64,000 bases of DNA, from contig OZ059896.1 of NCBI GenBank assembly GCA_964057225.1, positions 19,654,001-19,718,000 on the forward strand. Reading direction: 5' to 3'. The translations under genes were made by a program, and so were the position numbers. Positions 41,601 through 55,600 of this stretch are shown here, piece by piece (position 1 is the first letter of the stretch; every line of letters starts with the position of its first letter). A model generated the notes under the pieces. That model searched no databases and had not been told where the DNA came from. It saw nothing but the letters and a program-made list of their open reading frames with translations. The stretch is from Auanema rhodensis (taxonomy: Eukaryota; Animalia; Nematoda).

Positions 41601-44600
41601 TATATCAGTTGATATCTCGGTGCATTTTTAAGCTAGCGCAAATCTGATAACACAGATCGACGCAGCTTAAAAATCCGCATCGAATGCACTACACTACATT
41701 GAGAAACGCTTAATACAAAAATTAGTTATGATCGTTTGAAAAATGATGCATTAGTGTATGTTGAGTTTCCATGTACACTCAACATTGCTTCCAAAAACAT
41801 TTTGACAAAAATTTTTTCGAAAAATTTCAAAATATTTTAGCAAAAAGTAGATGTTTTTAGATTCCTTTTTTCAAGGTAAAGACGATGGACAATGTTATTC
41901 AACGAAAAAATTAATTCTTCAGGGTGAAAATCGAGGATATAAGTGTGAACTTATATCAGTTGATATCTCGGTGCATTTTTAAGCTAGCGCAAATCTGATA
42001 ACACAGATCGACGCAGCTTAAAAATCCGCATCGAATGCACTATACTACATTGAGAAACGCTCAATACAAAAATTAGTTATGATCGTTTGAAAAATGATGC
42101 ATTAGTGTATGTTGAGTTTCCGTGTACACTCAACATTGCTTCCAAAAACATTTTGACAAAAATTTTTTCGAAAAATTTCAGAATAATTTAGCAAAAAGTA
42201 GATGTTTTTAGATTCCTTTTTTCAAGGCAAAGACGATGGACAATGTTATTCAACGAAAAAATTAATTCTTCAGGGTGAAAATCGAGGATATAAGTGTAAA
42301 CTTATATCAGTTGATATCTCGGTGCACTTTTAAGCTAGCGCAAATCTGATAACACAGATCGACGCAGCTTAAAAATCCGCATCGAATGCACTATACTACA
42401 TTGAGAAACGCTTAATACAAAAATTAGTTATGATCGTTTGAAAAATGATGCATTAGTGTATGTTGAGTTTCCATGTACACTCAACATTGCTTCCAAAAAC
42501 ATTTTGACAAAAATTTTTTCGAAAAATTTCAAAATAATTTAGCAAAAAGTAGATGTTTTTAGATTCCTTTTTTCAAGGCAAAGACGATGGACAATGTTAT
42601 TCAACGAAAAAATTAATTCTTCAGGGTGAAAATCGAGGATATAAGTGTGAACTTATATCAGTTGATATCTCGGTGCATTTTTAAGCTAGCGCAAATCTCA
42701 TAACACAGATCGACGCAGCTTAAAATTCCGCATCGAATGCACTATACTACATCGAGAAACGCTTAATACAAAAATTAGTTATGATCGTTTGAAAAATGAT
42801 GCATTAGTGTATGTTGAGTTTCCATGTACACTCAACATTGCTTCCAAAAACATTTTGACAAAAATTTTTTCGAAAAATTTCAAAATAATTCAGCAAAAAG
42901 TAGATGTTTTTAGATTCCTTTTTTCAAGGCAAAGACGATGGACAATGTTATTCAACGAAAAAATTAATTCTTCAGGGTGAAAATCGAGGATATAAGTGTG
43001 AACTTATATCAGTTGATATCTCGGTGCATTTTTAAGCTAGCGCAAATCTGATAACACAGATCGACGCAGCTTAAAAATCCGCATCAAATGCACTATACTA
43101 CATTGAGAAACGCTTAATACAAAAATTAGTTATGATCGTTTGAAAAATGATGCATTAGTGTATGTTGAGTTTCCATGTACACTCAACATTGCTTCCAAAA
43201 ACATTTTGACAAAACTTTTTTCGAAAATTTTCAGAATAATTTAGCAAAAAGTAGATGTTTTTAGATTCCTTTCTTCAAGGCAAAGACGATGGACAATGTT
43301 ATTCAACGAAAAAATTAATTCTTCAGGGTGAAAATCGAGGATATAAGTGTGAACTTATATCAGTTGATATCTCGGTGCATTTTTAAGCTAGCGCAAATCT
43401 GATAACACAGATCGACGCAGCTTAAAAATCCGCATCGAATGCACTATACTACATTGAGAAACGCTTAATACAAAAATTAGTTATGATCGTTTGAAAAATG
43501 ATGCATTAGTGTATGTTGAGTTTCCATGTACACTCAACATTGCTTCCAAAAACATTTTGACAAAAATTTTTTCGAAAAATTTCAAAATAATTTAGCAAAA
43601 AGTAGATGTTTTTAGATTCCTTTCTTCAAGGCAAAGACGATGGACAATGTTATTCAACGAAAAAATTAATTCTTCAGGGTGAAAATCGAGGATATAAGTG
43701 TAAACTTATATCAGTTGATATCTCGGTGCACTTTTAAGCTAGCGCAAATCTGATAACACAGATCGACGCAGCTTAAAAATCCGCATCGAATGCACTATAC
43801 TACATTGAGAAACGCTTAATACAAAAATTAGTTATGATCGTTTGAAAAATGATGCATTAGTGTATGTTGAGTTTCCATGTACACTCAACATTGCTTCCAA
43901 AAACATTTTGACAAAAATTTTTTCGAAAAATTTCAAAATAATTTAGCAAAAAGTAGATGTTTTTAGATTCCTTTTTTCAAGGCAAAGACGATGGACAATG
44001 TTATTCAACGAAAAAATTAATTCTTCAGGGTGAAAATCGAGGATATAAGTGTGAACTTATATCAGTTGATATCTCGGTGCATTTTTAAGCTAGCGCAAAT
44101 CTGATAACACAGATCGACGCAGCTTAAAAATCCGCATCGAATGCACTATACTACATTGAGAAACGCTCAATACAAAAATTAGTTATGATCGTTTGAAAAA
44201 TGATGCATTAGTGTATGTTGAGTTTCCGTGTACACTCAACATTGCTTCCAAAAACATTTTGACAAAAATTTTTTCGAAAAATTTCAAAATAATTTAGCAA
44301 AAAGTAGATGTTTTTAGATTCCTTTTTTCAAGGCAAAGACGATGGACAATGTTATTCAACGAAAAAATTAATTCTTCAGGGTGAAAATCGAGGATATAAG
44401 TGTAAACTTATATCAGTTGATATCTCGGTGCACTTTTAAGCTAGCGCAAATCTGATAACACAGATCGACGCAGCTTAAAAATCCGCATCGAATGCACTAT
44501 ACTACATTGAGAAACGCTTAATACAAAAATTAGTTATGATCGTTTGAAAAATGATGCATTAGTGTATGTTGAGTTTCCATGTACACTCAACATTGCTTCC

Positions 44601-47600
44601 AAAAACATTTTGACAAAAATTTTTTCGAAAAATTTCAAAATAATTTAGCAAAAAGTAGATGTTTTTAGATTCCTTTTTTCAAGGCAAAGACGATGGACAA
44701 TGTTATTCAACGAAAAAATTAATTCTTCAGGGTGAAAATCGAGGATATAAGTGTGAACTTATATCAGTTGATATCTCGGTGCATTTGTAAGCTAGCGCAA
44801 ATCTGATAACACAGATCGACGCAGCTTAAAAATCCGCATCGAATGCACTACACTACATTGAGAAACGCTTAATACAAAAATTAGTTATGATCGTTTGAAA
44901 AATGATGCATTAGTGTATGTTGAGTTTCCATGTACACTCAACATTGCTTCCAAAAACATTTTGACAAAAATTTTTTCGAAAAATTTCAAAATATTTTAGC
45001 AAAAAGTAGATGTTTTTAGATTCCTTTCTTCAAGGCAAAGACGATGGACAATGTTATTCAACGAAAAAATTAATTCTTCAGGGTGAAAATCGAGGATATA
45101 AGTGTGAACTTATATCAGTTGATATCTCGGTGCATTTTTAAGCTAGCGCAAATCTGATAACACAGATCGACGCAGCTTAAAAATCCGCATCGAATGCACT
45201 ATACTACATTGAGAAACGCTTAATACAAAAATTAGTTATGATCGTTTGAAAAATGATGCATTAGTGTATGTTGAGTTTCCATGTACACTCAACATTGCTT
45301 CCAAAAACATTTTGACAAAAATTTTTTCGAAAAATTTCAAAATAATTTAGCAAAAAGTAGATGTTTTTAGATTCCTTTTTTCAAGGCAAAGACGATGGAC
45401 AATGTTATTCAACGAAAAAATTAATTCTTCAGGGTGAAAATCGAGGATATAAGTGTAAACTTATATCAGTTGATATCTCGGTGCACTTTTAAGCTAGCGC
45501 AAATCTGATAACACAGATCGACGCAGCTTAAAAATCCGCATCGAATGCACTATACTACATTGAGAAACGCTTAATACAAAAATTAGTTATGATCGTTTGA
45601 AAAATGATGCATTAGTGTATGTTGAGTTTCCGTGTACACTCAACATTGCTTCCAAAAACATTTTGACAAAAATTTTTTCGAAAAATTTCAAGATAATTTA
45701 GCAAAAAGTAGATGTTTTTAGATTCCTTTTTTCAAGGCAAAGACGATGGACAATGTTATTCAACGAAAAAATTAATTCTTCAGGGTGAAAATCGAGGATA
45801 TAAGTGTAAACTTATATCAGTTGATATCTCGGTGCACTTTTAAGCTAGCGCAAATCTGATAACACAGATCGACGCAGCTTAAAAATCCGCATCGAATGCA
45901 CTATACTACATTGAGAAACGCTTAATACAAAAATTAGTTATGATCGTTTGAAAAATGATGCATTAGTGTATGTTGAGTTTCCATGTACACTCAACATTGC
46001 TTCCAAAAACATTTTGACAAAAATTTTTTCGAAAAATTTCAAAATAATTTAGCAAAAAGTAGATGTTTTTAGATTCCTTTTTTCAAGGCAAAGACGATGG
46101 ACAATGTTATTCAACGAAAAAATTAATTCTTCAGGGTGAAAATCGAGGATATAAGTGTGAACTTATATCAGTTGATATCTCGGTGCATTTTTAAGCTAGC
46201 GCAAATCTGATAACACAGATCGACGCAGCTTAAAAATCCGCATCGAATGCACTATACTACATTGAGAAACGCTCAATACAAAAATTAGTTATGATCGTTT
46301 GAAAAATGATGCATTAGTGTATGTTGAGTTTCCGTGTACACTCAACATTGCTTCCAAAAACATTTTGACAAAAATTTTTTCGAAAAATTTCAAGATAATT
46401 TAGCAAAAAGTAGATGTTTTTAGATTCCTTTTTTCAAGGCAAAGACGATGGACAATGTTATTCAACGAAAAAATTAATTCTTCAGGGTGAAAATCGAGGA
46501 TATAAGTGTAAACTTATATCAGTTGATATCTCGGTGCACTTTTAAGCTAGCGCAAATCTGATAACACAGATCGACGCAGCTTAAAAATCCGCATCGAATG
46601 CACTATACTACATTGAGAAACGCTTAATACAAAAATTAGTTATGATCGTTTGAAAAATGATGCATTAGTGTATGTTGAGTTTCCATGTACACTCAACATT
46701 GCTTCCAAAAACATTTTGACAAAAATTTTTTCGAAAAATTTCAAAATAATTTAGCAAAAAGTAGATGTTTTTAGATTCCTTTTTTCAAGGCAAAGACGAT
46801 GGACAATGTTATTCAACGAAAAAATTAATTCTTCAGGGTGAAAATCGAGGATATAAGTGTGAACTTATATCAGTTGATATCTCGGTGCATTTTTAAGCTA
46901 GCGCAAATCTGATAACACAGATCGACGCAGCTTAAAAATCCGCATCGAATGCACTACACTACATTGAGAAACGCTTAATACAAAAATTAGTTATGATCGT
47001 TTGAAAAATGATGCATTAGTGTATGTTGAGTTTCCATGTACACTCAACATTGCTTCCAAAAACATTTTGACAAAAATTTTTTCGAAAAATTTCAAAATAT
47101 TTTAGCAAAAAGTAGATGTTTTTAGATTCCTTTTTTCAAGGCAAAGACGATGGACAATGTTATTCAACGAAAAAATTAATTCTTCAGGGTGAAAATCGAG
47201 GATATAAGTGTAAACTTATATCAGTTGATATCTCGGTGCACTTTTAAGCTAGCGCAAATCTGATAACACAGATCGACGCAGCTTAAAAATCCGCATCGAA
47301 TGCACTATACTACATTGAGAAACGCTTAATACAAAAATTAGTTATGATCGTTTGAAAAATGATGCATTAGTGTATGTTGAGTTTCCATGTACACTCAACA
47401 TTGCTTCCAAAAACATTTTGACAAAAATTTTTTCGAAAAATTTCAGAATAATTTAGCAAAAAGTAGATGTTTTTAGATTCCTTTTTTCAAGGCAAAGACG
47501 ATGGACAATGTTATTCAACGAAAAAATTAATTCTTCAGGGTGAAAATCGAGGATATAAGTGTGAACTTATATCAGTTGATATCTCGGTGCATTTTTAAGC

Positions 47601-48437
47601 TAGCGCAAATCTGATAACACAGATCGACGCAGCTTAAAAATCCGCATCGAATGCACTATACTACATTGAGAAACGCTCAATACAAAAATTAGTTATGATC
47701 GTTTGAAAAATGATGCATTAGTGTATGTTGAGTTTCCGTGTACACTCAACATTGCTTCCAAAAACATTTTGACAAAAATTTTTTCGAAAAATTTCAGAAT
47801 AATTTAGCAAAAAGTAGATGTTTTTAGATTCCTTTTTTCAAGGCAAAGACGATGGACAATGTTATTCAACGAAAAAATTAATTCTTCAGGGTGAAAATCG
47901 AGGATATAAGTGTAAACTTATATCAGTTGATATCTCGGTGCACTTTTAAGCTAGCGCAAATCTGATAACACAGATCGACGCAGCTTAAAAATCCGCATCG
48001 AATGCACTATACTACATTGAGAAACGCTTAATACAAAAATTAGTTATGATCGTTTGAAAAATGATGCATTAGTGTATGTTGAGTTTCCATGTACACTCAA
48101 CATTGCTTCCAAAAACATTTTGACAAAAATTTTTTCGAAAAATTTCAAAATAATTTAGCAAAAAGTAGATGTTTTTAGATTCCTTTTTTCAAGGCAAAGA
48201 CGATGGACAATGTTATTCAACGAAAAAATTAATTCTTCAGGGTGAAAATCGAGGATATAAGTGTGAACTTATATCAGTTGATATCTCGGTGCATTTTTAA
48301 GCTAGCGCAAATCTCATAACACAGATCGACGCAGCTTAAAATTCCGCATCGAATGCACTATACTACATCGAGAAACGCTTAATACAAAAATTAGTTATGA
48401 TCGTTTGAAAAATGATGCATTAGTGTATGTTGAGTTT

Positions 48438-51400
48438 CCATGTACACTCAACATTGCTTCCAAAAACATTTTGACAAAAATTTTTTCGAAAAATTTCAAA
48501 ATAATTCAGCAAAAAGTAGATGTTTTTAGATTCCTTTTTTCAAGGCAAAGACGATGGACAATGTTATTCAACGAAAAAATTAATTCTTCAGGGTGAAAAT
48601 CGAGGATATAAGTGTGAACTTATATCAGTTGATATATCGGTGCATTTTTAAGCTAGCGCAAATCTGATAACACAGATCGACGCAGCTTAAAAATCCGCAT
48701 CGAATGCACTATACTACATTGAGAAACGCTTAATACAAAAATTAGTTATGATCGTTTGAAAAATGATGCATTAGTGTATGTTGAGTTTCCATGTACACTC
48801 AACATTGCTTCCAAAAACATTTTGACAAAAATTTTTTCGAAAAATTTCAAAATAATTTAGCAAAAAGTAGATGTTTTTAGATTCCTTTTTTCAAGGCAAA
48901 GACGATGGACAATGTTATTCAACGAAAAAATTAATTCTTCAGGGTGAAAATCGAGGATATAAGTGTGAACTTATATCAGTTGATATCTCGGTGCATTTTT
49001 AAGCTAGCGCAAATCTAATAACACAGATCGACGCAGCTTAAAAATCCGCATCAAATGCACTATACTACATTGAGAAACGCTTAATACAAAAATTAGTTAT
49101 GATCGTTTGAAAAATGATGCATTAGTGTATGTTGAGTTTCCATGTACACTCAACATTGCTTCCAAAAACATTTTGACAAAACTTTTTTCGAAAATTTTCA
49201 GAATAATTTAGCAAAAAGTAGATGTTTTTAGATTCCTTTTTTCAAGGCAAAGACGATGGACAATGTTATTCAACGAAAAAATTAATTCTTCAGGGTGAAA
49301 ATCGAGGATATAAGTGTAAACTTATATCAGTTGATATCTCGGTGCACTTTTAAGCTAGCGCAAATCTGATAACACAGATCGACGCAGCTTAAAAATCCGC
49401 ATCGAATGCACTATACTACATTGAGAAACGCTTAATACAAAAATTAGTTATGATCGTTTGAAAAATGATGCATTAGTGTATGTTGAGTTTCCATGTACAC
49501 TCAACATTGCTTCCAAAAACATTTTGACAAAAATTTTTTCGAAAAATTTCAAAATAATTTAGCAAAAAGTAGATGTTTTTAGATTCCTTTTTTCAAGGCA
49601 AAGACGATGGACAATGTTATTCAACGAAAAAATTGATTCTTCAGGGTGAAAATCGAGGATATAAGTGTGAACTTATATCAGTTGATATCTCGGTGCATTT
49701 TTAAGCTAGCGCAAATCTGATAACACAGATCGACGCAGCTTAAAAATCCGCATCGAATGCACTATACTACATTGAGAAACGCTCAATACAAAAATTAGTT
49801 ATGATCGTTTGAAAAATGATGCATTAGTGTATGTTGAGTTTCCGTGTACACTCAACATTGCTTCCAAAAACATTTTGACAAAAATTTTTTCGAAAAATTT
49901 CAAAATATTTTAGCAAAAAGTAGATGTTTTTAGATTCCTTTCTTCAAGGCAAAGACGATGGACAATGTTATTCAACGAAAAAATTAATTCTTCAGGGTGA
50001 AAATCGAGGATATAAGTGTGAACTTATATCAGTTGATATCTCGGTGCATTTTTAAGCTAGCGCAAATCTGATAACACAGATCGACGCAGCTTAAAAATCC
50101 GCATCAAATGCACTATACTACATTGAGAAACGCTTAATACAAAAATTAGTTATGATCGTTTGAAAAATGATGCATTAGTGTATGTTGAGTTTCCATGTAC
50201 ACTCAACATTGCTTCCAAAAACATTTTGACAAAAATTTTTTCGAAAAATTTCAAAATAATTTAGCAAAAAGTAGATGTTTTTAGATTCCTTTTTTCAAGG
50301 CAAAGACGATGGACATTGTTATTAAACGAAAAAATTAATTCTTCAGGGTGAAAATCGAGGATATAAGTGTGAACTTATATCAGTTGATATCTCGGTGCAT
50401 TTTTAAGCTAGCGCAAATCTGATAACACAGATCGACGCAGCTTAAAAATCCGCATCGAATGCACTATACTACATCGAGAAACGCTTAATACAAAAATTAG
50501 TTATGATCGTTTGAAAAATGATGCATTAGTGTATGTTGAGTTTCCATGTACACTCAACATTGCTTCCAAAAACATTTTGACAAAAATTTTTTCGAAAAAT
50601 TTCAAAATAATTCAGCGAAAAGTAGATGTTTTTAGATTCCTTTTTTCAAGGCAAAGACGATGGACAATGTTATTCAACGAAAAAATTAATTCTTCAGGGT
50701 GAAAATCGAGGATATAAGTGTGAACTTATATCAGTTGATATATCGGTGCATTTTTAAGCTAGCGCAAATCTGATAACACAGATCGACGCAGCTTAAAAAT
50801 CCGCATCGAATGCACTATACTACATTGAGAAACGCTTAATACAAAAATTAGTTATGATCGTTTGAAAAATGATGCATTAGTGTATGTTGAGTTTCCATGT
50901 ACACTCAACATTGCTTCCAAAAACATTTTGACAAAAATTTTTTCGAAAAATTTCAAAATAATTTAGCAAAAAGTAGATGTTTTTAGATTCCTTTTTTCAA
51001 GGCAAAGACGATGGACAATGTTATTCAACGAAAAAATTAATTCTTCAGGGTGAAAATCGAGGATATAAGTGTGAACTTATATCAGTTGATATCTCGGTGC
51101 ATTTTTAAGCTAGCGCAAATCTGATAACACAGATCGACGCAGCTTAAAAATCCGCATCAAATGCACTATACTACATTGAGAAACGCTTAATACAAAAATT
51201 AGTTATGATCGTTTGAAAAATGATGCATTAGTGTATGTTGAGTTTCCATGTACACTCAACATTGCTTCCAAAAACATTTTGACAAAACTTTTTTCGAAAA
51301 TTTTCAGAATAATTTAGCAAAAAGTAGATGTTTTTAGATTCCTTTTTTCAAGGCAAAGACGATGGACAATGTTATTCAACGAAAAAATTAATTCTTCAGG

Positions 51401-52648
51401 GTGAAAATCGAGGATATAAGTGTAAACTTATATCAGTTGATATCTCGGTGCACTTTTAAGCTAGCGCAAATCTGATAACACAGATCGACGCAGCTTAAAA
51501 ATCCGCATCGAATGCACTATACTACATTGAGAAACGCTTAATACAAAAATTAGTTATGATCGTTTGAAAAATGATGCATTAGTGTATGTTGAGTTTCCAT
51601 GTACACTCAACATTGCTTCCAAAAACATTTTGACAAAAATTTTTTCGAAAAATTTCAAAATAATTTAGCAAAAAGTAGATGTTTTTAGATTCCTTTTTTC
51701 AAGGCAAAGACGATGGACAATGTTATTCAACGAAAAAATTGATTCTTCAGGGTGAAAATCGAGGATATAAGTGTGAACTTATATCAGTTGATATCTCGGT
51801 GCATTTTTAAGCTAGCGCAAATCTGATAACACAGATCGACGCAGCTTAAAAATCCGCATCGAATGCACTATACTACATTGAGAAACGCTCAATACAAAAA
51901 TTAGTTATGATCGTTTGAAAAATGATGCATTAGTGTATGTTGAGTTTCCGTGTACACTCAACATTGCTTCCAAAAACATTTTGACAAAAATTTTTTCGAA
52001 AAATTTCAAAATATTTTAGCAAAAAGTAGATGTTTTTAGATTCCTTTCTTCAAGGCAAAGACGATGGACAATGTTATTCAACGAAAAAATTAATTCTTCA
52101 GGGTGAAAATCGAGGATATAAGTGTGAACTTATATCAGTTGATATCTCGGTGCATTTTTAAGCTAGCGCAAATCTGATAACACAGATCGACGCAGCTTAA
52201 AAATCCGCATCAAATGCACTATACTACATTGAGAAACGCTTAATACAAAAATTAGTTATGATCGTTTGAAAAATGATGCATTAGTGTATGTTGAGTTTCC
52301 ATGTACACTCAACATTGCTTCCAAAAACATTTTGACAAAAATTTTTTCGAAAAATTTCAAAATAATTTAGCAAAAAGTAGATGTTTTTAGATTCCTTTTT
52401 TCAAGGCAAAGACGATGGACATTGTTATTAAACGAAAAAATTAATTCTTCAGGGTGAAAATCGAGGATATAAGTGTGAACTTATATCAGTTGATATCTCG
52501 GTGCATTTTTAAGCTAGCGCAAATCTGATAACACAGATTGACGCAGCTTAAAATCCGCATCGAATGCACTATACTACATTGAGAAACGCTTAATACAAAA
52601 ATTAGTTATGATCGTTTGAAAAATGATGCATTAGTGTATGTTGAGTTT
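48438..52648 (+). repeat. Tandem duplication of a 6-monomer block (2106-bp period)
   Basis: Copies 139-144 resemble 145-150; private AATTGATT (49635, 51741) and GACATTGTTATTAAACG (about 50312, 52418); ORF-opening variant 2106 bp apart (48405, 50511). Confidence 0.88.
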
Positions 52649-55600
52649 CCATGTACACTCAACATTGCTTCCAAAAACATTTTGACAAAAATTTTTTCGA
52701 AAAATTTCAAAATAATTTAGCAAAAAGTAGATGTTTTTAGATTCCTTTTTTCAAAGCAAAGACGATGGACAATGTTATTCAACGAAAAAATTAATTCTTC
52801 AGGGTGAAAATCGAGGATATAAGTGTGAACTTATATCAGTTGATATCTCGGTGCATTTTTAAGCTAGCGCAAATCTCATAACACAGATCGACGCAGCTTA
52901 AAATTCCGCATCGAATGCACTATACTACATCGAGAAACGCTTAATACAAAAATTAGTTATGATCGTTTGAAAAATGATGCATTAGTGTATGTTGAGTTTC
53001 CATGTACACTCAACATTGCTTCCAAAAACATTTTGACAAAAATTTTTTCGAAAAATTTCAAAATAATTCAGCAAAAAGTAGATGTTTTTAAATTCCTTTT
53101 TTCAAGGCAAAGACGATGGACAATGTTATTCAACGAAAAAATTAATTCTTCAGGGTGAAAATCGAGGATATAAGTGTGAACTTATATCAGTTGATATATC
53201 GGTGCATTTTTAAGCTAGCGCAAATCTGATAACACAGATCGACGCAGCTTAAAAATCCGCATCGAATGCACTATACTACATTGAGAAACGCTTAATACAA
53301 AAATTAGTTATGATCGTTTGAAAAATGATGCATTAGTGTATGTTGAGTTTCCATGTACACTCAACATTGCTTCCAAAAACATTTTGACAAAAATTTTTTC
53401 GAAAAATTTCAAAATAATTTAGCAAAAAGTAGATGTTTTTAGATTCCTTTTTTCAAGGCAAAGACGATGGACAATGTTATTCAACGAAAAAATTAATTCT
53501 TCAGGGTGAAAATCGAGGATATAAGTGTGAACTTATATCAGTTGATATCTCGGTGCATTTTTAAGCTAGCGAAAATCTCATAACACAGATCGACGCAGCT
53601 TAAAAATCCGCATCGAATGCACTATACTACATTGAGAAACGCTTAATACAAGAATTAGTTATGATCGTTTGAAAAATGATGCATTAGTGTATGTTGAGTT
53701 TCCATGTACACTCAACATTGCTTCCAAAAACATTTTCACAAAAATTTTTTCGAAAAATTTCAAAATAATTTAGCAAAAAGTAGATGTTTTTAGATTCCTT
53801 TTTTCAAGGCAAAGACGATGGACAATGTTATTCAACGAAAAAATTAATTCTTCAGGGTGAAAATCGAGGATATAAGTGTGAACTTATATCAGTTGATATC
53901 TCGGTGCATTTTTAAGCTAGCGCAAATCTGATAACACAGATTGACGCAGCTTAAAAATCCGCATCGAATGCACTATACTACATTGAGAAACGCTTAATAC
54001 AAAAATTAGTTATGATCGTTTGAAAAATAATGCATTAGTGTATGTTGAGTTTCCATGTACACTCAACATTGCTTCCAAAAACATTTTGACAAAAATTTTT
54101 TCGAAAAATTTCAAAATAATTTAGCAAAAAGTAGATGTTTTTAGATTCCTTTTTTCAAGGCAAAGACGATGGACAATGTTATTCAACGAAAAAATTAATT
54201 CTTCAGGGTGAAAATCGAGGATATAAGTGTGAACTTATATCAGTTGATATCTCGGTGCATTTTTAAGCTAGCGCAAATCTCATAACACAGATCGACGCAG
54301 CTTAAAATTCCGCAGCGAATGCACTATACTACATCGAGAAACGCTTAATACAAAAATTAGTTATGATCGTTTGAAAAATGATGCATTAGTGTATGTTGAG
54401 TTTCCGTGTACACTCAACATTGCTTCCAAAAACATTTTGACAAAAATTTTTTCGAAAAATTTCAAAATAATTTAGCAAAAAGTAGATGTTTTTAGATTCC
54501 TTTTTTCAAGGCAAAGACGATGGACAATGTTATTCAACGAAAAAATTAATTCTTCAGGGTGAAAATCGAGGATATAAGTGTGAACTTATATCAGTTGATA
54601 TCTCGGTGCATTTTTAAGCTAGCGCAAATCTGATAACACAGATTGACGCAGCTTAAAAATCCGCATCGAATGCACTATACTACATTGAGAAACGCTTAAT
54701 ACAAAAATTAGTTATGATCGTTTGAAAAATAATGCATTAGTGTATGTTGAGTTTCCATGTACACTCAACATTGCTTCCAAAAACATTTTGACAAAAATTT
54801 TTTCGAAAAATTTCAAAATAATTTAGCAAAAAGTAGATGTTTTTAGATTCCTTTTTTCAAGGCAAAGACGATGGACAATGTTATTCAACGAAAAAATTAA
54901 TTCTTCAGGGTGAAAATCGAGGATATAAGTGTGAACTTATATCAGTTGATATCTCGGTGCATTTTTAAGCTAGCGCAAATCTCATAACACAGATCGACGC
55001 AGCTTAAAATTCCGCAGCGAATGCACTATACTACATCGAGAAACGCTTAATACAAAAATTAGTTATGATCGTTTGAAAAATGATGCATCAGTGTATGTTG
55101 AGTTTCCATGTACACTCAACATTGCTTCCAAAAACATTTTGACAAAAATTTTTTCGAAAAATTTCAAAATAATTCAGCAAAAAGTAGATGTTTTTAGATT
55201 CCTTTTTTCAAGGCAAAGACGATGGACAATGTTATTCAACGAAAAAATTAATTCTTCAGGGTGAAAATCGAGGATATAAGTGTGAACTTATATCAGTTGA
55301 TATATCGGTGCATTTTTAAGCTAGCGCAAATCTGATAACACAGATCGACGCAGCTTAAAAATCCGCATCGAATGCACTATACTACATTGAGAAACGCTTA
55401 ATACAAAAATTAGTTATGATCGTTTGAAAAATGATGCATTAGTGTATGTTGAGTTTCCATGTACACTCAACATTGCTTCCAAAAACATTTTGACAAAAAT
55501 TTTTTCGAAAAATTTCAAAATAATTTAGCAAAAAGTAGATGTTTTTAGATTCCTTTTTTCAAGGCAAAGACGATGGACAATGTTATTCAACGAAAAAATT

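Noticed and set aside
42699-42753. Three linked variants spaced exactly 27 bp apart (m229, 256, 283; 351 = 13 x 27)
   Set aside because: No 27-bp sub-periodicity is visible in the monomer; treated as coincidence.
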